From NCBI RefSeq assembly GCF_032062105.1, contig NW_026940921.1, forward strand, positions 1 to 64,000: DNA of 64,000 nt, read 5' to 3'. A model generated the notes under the pieces. The model saw nothing but the letters and a program-made list of their open reading frames with translations. It was not told the DNA's origin and did not search any database. Position numbers and translations under genes: made by a program. Positions 62,232-64,000 of this stretch are shown here, piece by piece (positions within the stretch are counted from its first letter, which is position 1; the number at the start of each line of letters is the position of its first letter). This stretch comes from Saccostrea cucullata (lineage: Eukaryota).

Positions 62232-63434
62232 TATTTCCATTTTTACTTGAAATAACCATCATAAAATAAATCGAAATACCGTCTAATTGAGTAGATTTGA
62301 AATGCACAAGGCCCCATGACGTCAAATTTTACTATAAAAAATAGTCCCAAAAAAACGAAACAAATTTATTGACTATTTATATTTACCGTAGTCAAATATC
62401 AACATTTATAAAATAAACAACAAAAAAATTTTAAATAATGGTCAAAGTAATCTTGTTGACTTTAATTATATATGTGACCTAGATTTAGGTTGTCGGAAGC
62501 ACGAACATTTGGCATTATGTCACTTCTGCGCCGCCATATTGAATGCAATGTTGCTGAAACGGGAGCTGGTCAGCATGGTCAGGGAACCGATTTGTATGGA
62601 TGTTATAATAACAGAAGAAGTTTTATTAAGAAGTCGGATGGTAATGACTAAGGGAATTTTGTATCAGATGATGGAGTACGTGCAGGTCCATGTGGCAATG
62701 TCAATTTCTCCACGTGGCTGTTACGGAAGTGGTGTCGGACTTAGGCCTCGGTCATAAAAGCGTTGCACAAGTGACTTGCTTTAGCCGAAGATAATTCATT
62801 AATTATTTTGTTTTGTTAAAAAAATATATATCATATCAAATTACTTAGTAAACAATTAAAACATCTTTTTTTTTCTTGAGTATATTTATACGTCAGTGAT
62901 ATACATGCAGGTTGACACCTGACCTTTCAGTAATAGAGAAATATACATACCACAGGGTATTATCATGAAATAAACAAGAAACACTTTTGTAGTGTTTATC
63001 ATAGAGAAAACAATTGGAAATGGAAATATTTTAAATTTTATTAAATTAAGGAAGCTCTAAACACTGCGAACTAAACAGCTGTATATAAAGGGTAGTTTTA
63101 TGCAGTAAGAGTGATCTGCCTTTAGAAGTAAGATGTTATTTTCAGTTAATTACACGTTTTGTAATAAATTAAAAATATTTTTATAGCATTAAACATGTTA
63201 TATCAGACCAAGAATAATTAGCTCGAGTAATTGAATTAATGAAAAACAGATTGTGTTTCAATTGTAAAAAGTAGTTCTAATTTATATGCTTTTAAATCAC
63301 CAAATTAAGTAAGAAAAATTAAATCAAGTCTAGAAAAAAAGATTGAATAAAATACGTGAAGGAGTCGATCTCTCAATGACAAGAATGACTGTCAACACAA
63401 AAAAGAAATAAAAATCATGCGATATTAAGAATAC

Positions 63435-63437
<3 letters not shown>

Positions 63438-63473
<36 letters not shown>
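63438..63473. repeat. (GA)n microsatellite
   Basis: About 18 GA dinucleotides. Confidence 0.95.
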
Positions 63474-63475
<2 letters not shown>

Positions 63476-63646
63476 ATCGTCGGAACCCACGGATTTTCTC
63501 TCCGTTAAAATACGTAGTATAACAGAAAAAAAAAAACCTGTGGATACCGACAATGCGAACATACTTGTTATGAAAGAAGCACTCGCGAGATTGCATGTGT
63601 ATATAATGTTCTCAACATTATGTTTTATCATTTCAGGGAATCCACA

Positions 63647-64000
63647 ATGAGCCATGATCACCAAATGGCTCAGCATTTTGTACAATGCCAACTCTGTACA
63701 AACAACGTTCAATTTCTATGTAAACCTTGTAATATAAAACTGTGTGAGAACTGTGTGGGTGGGCATCTTCAAAATAAAACCCCGGAAGCTCATCAATTTA
63801 TTCATTATCACAAGTTCCGGGGTCAAAAGTCAGTAATGGACGATCCGGAAGTTGTTGCGGTGATCACGTGTCCCTATAACAATATGTTAGATATTGCACG
63901 ACAAGGAGACAGTTATTTTTATGTTTGTAGTTCTCTCAGTCGGCACATTTCTAAACACGATTTCAAGCAAAATCTGGCAATAGACAGCAAACTTGCAGCT
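63647..64000 (+). CDS. B-box zinc finger protein (bivalve TRIM-like B-box/NHL family), N-terminal part, runs off the window
   Basis: Acceptor ttttatcatttcag| at 63636, then MSHDHQMAQHFVQCQLCTNNVQFLCKPCNIKLCENCVGGHLQNKTPEAHQF...MDDPEVVAVITCPYNNMLDIARQGDSYFYVCS. The frame is open to the window end. Confidence 0.85.
   Translation, partial: MSHDHQMAQHFVQCQLCTNNVQFLCKPCNIKLCENCVGGHLQNKTPEAHQFIHYHKFRGQKSVMDDPEVVAVITCPYNNMLDIARQGDSYFYVCSSLSRHISKHDFKQNLAIDSKLAA

Noticed and set aside
62509-62757. 82-aa ORF in a GC-richer patch
   Set aside because: It has a non-ATG start, no recognisable domain and no splice context linking it to a gene.

Overview
AT-rich, repeat-dense eukaryotic DNA, most likely from a bivalve mollusc (oyster-like; inferred from the gene and repeat families). 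Three host genes can be read. (1) A complete 3-exon secreted GH45 endo-beta-1,4-glucanase on the minus strand (26316->23012, 207 aa). (2) A 3-exon NPY/NPF neuropeptide precursor on the minus strand (56223->48293, 98 aa, ending RPRY-amide). (3) The start of a B-box/NHL-type gene at the right edge. Between the first two genes is a triple-nested TE stack: a ~435-bp TIR element holds a young Gypsy LTR retrotransposon (31130-45560; identical 260-bp TG..TA LTRs, CAAG TSD), which holds a 7.3-kb MULE DNA transposon (31444-38720; 9-bp TSD) encoding PHD + OTU/vertnin-like + DDE transposase. The Gypsy element is unusual: it has no protease, RT or RNase H, its integrase ends in an H3K4me3-reader-type PHD finger, and its env-position ORF (apparently spliced) encodes a TatD-fold protein lacking the metal-binding histidines. 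A second pattern: in both unrelated host genes, introns begin with tandem degenerate copies of the adjacent exon end/splice donor ('junction echoes'). The rest is Helentron-type non-autonomous elements with internal satellites, MITEs, SINE, L1/Tx1 and Penelope-like fragments, and local duplications.
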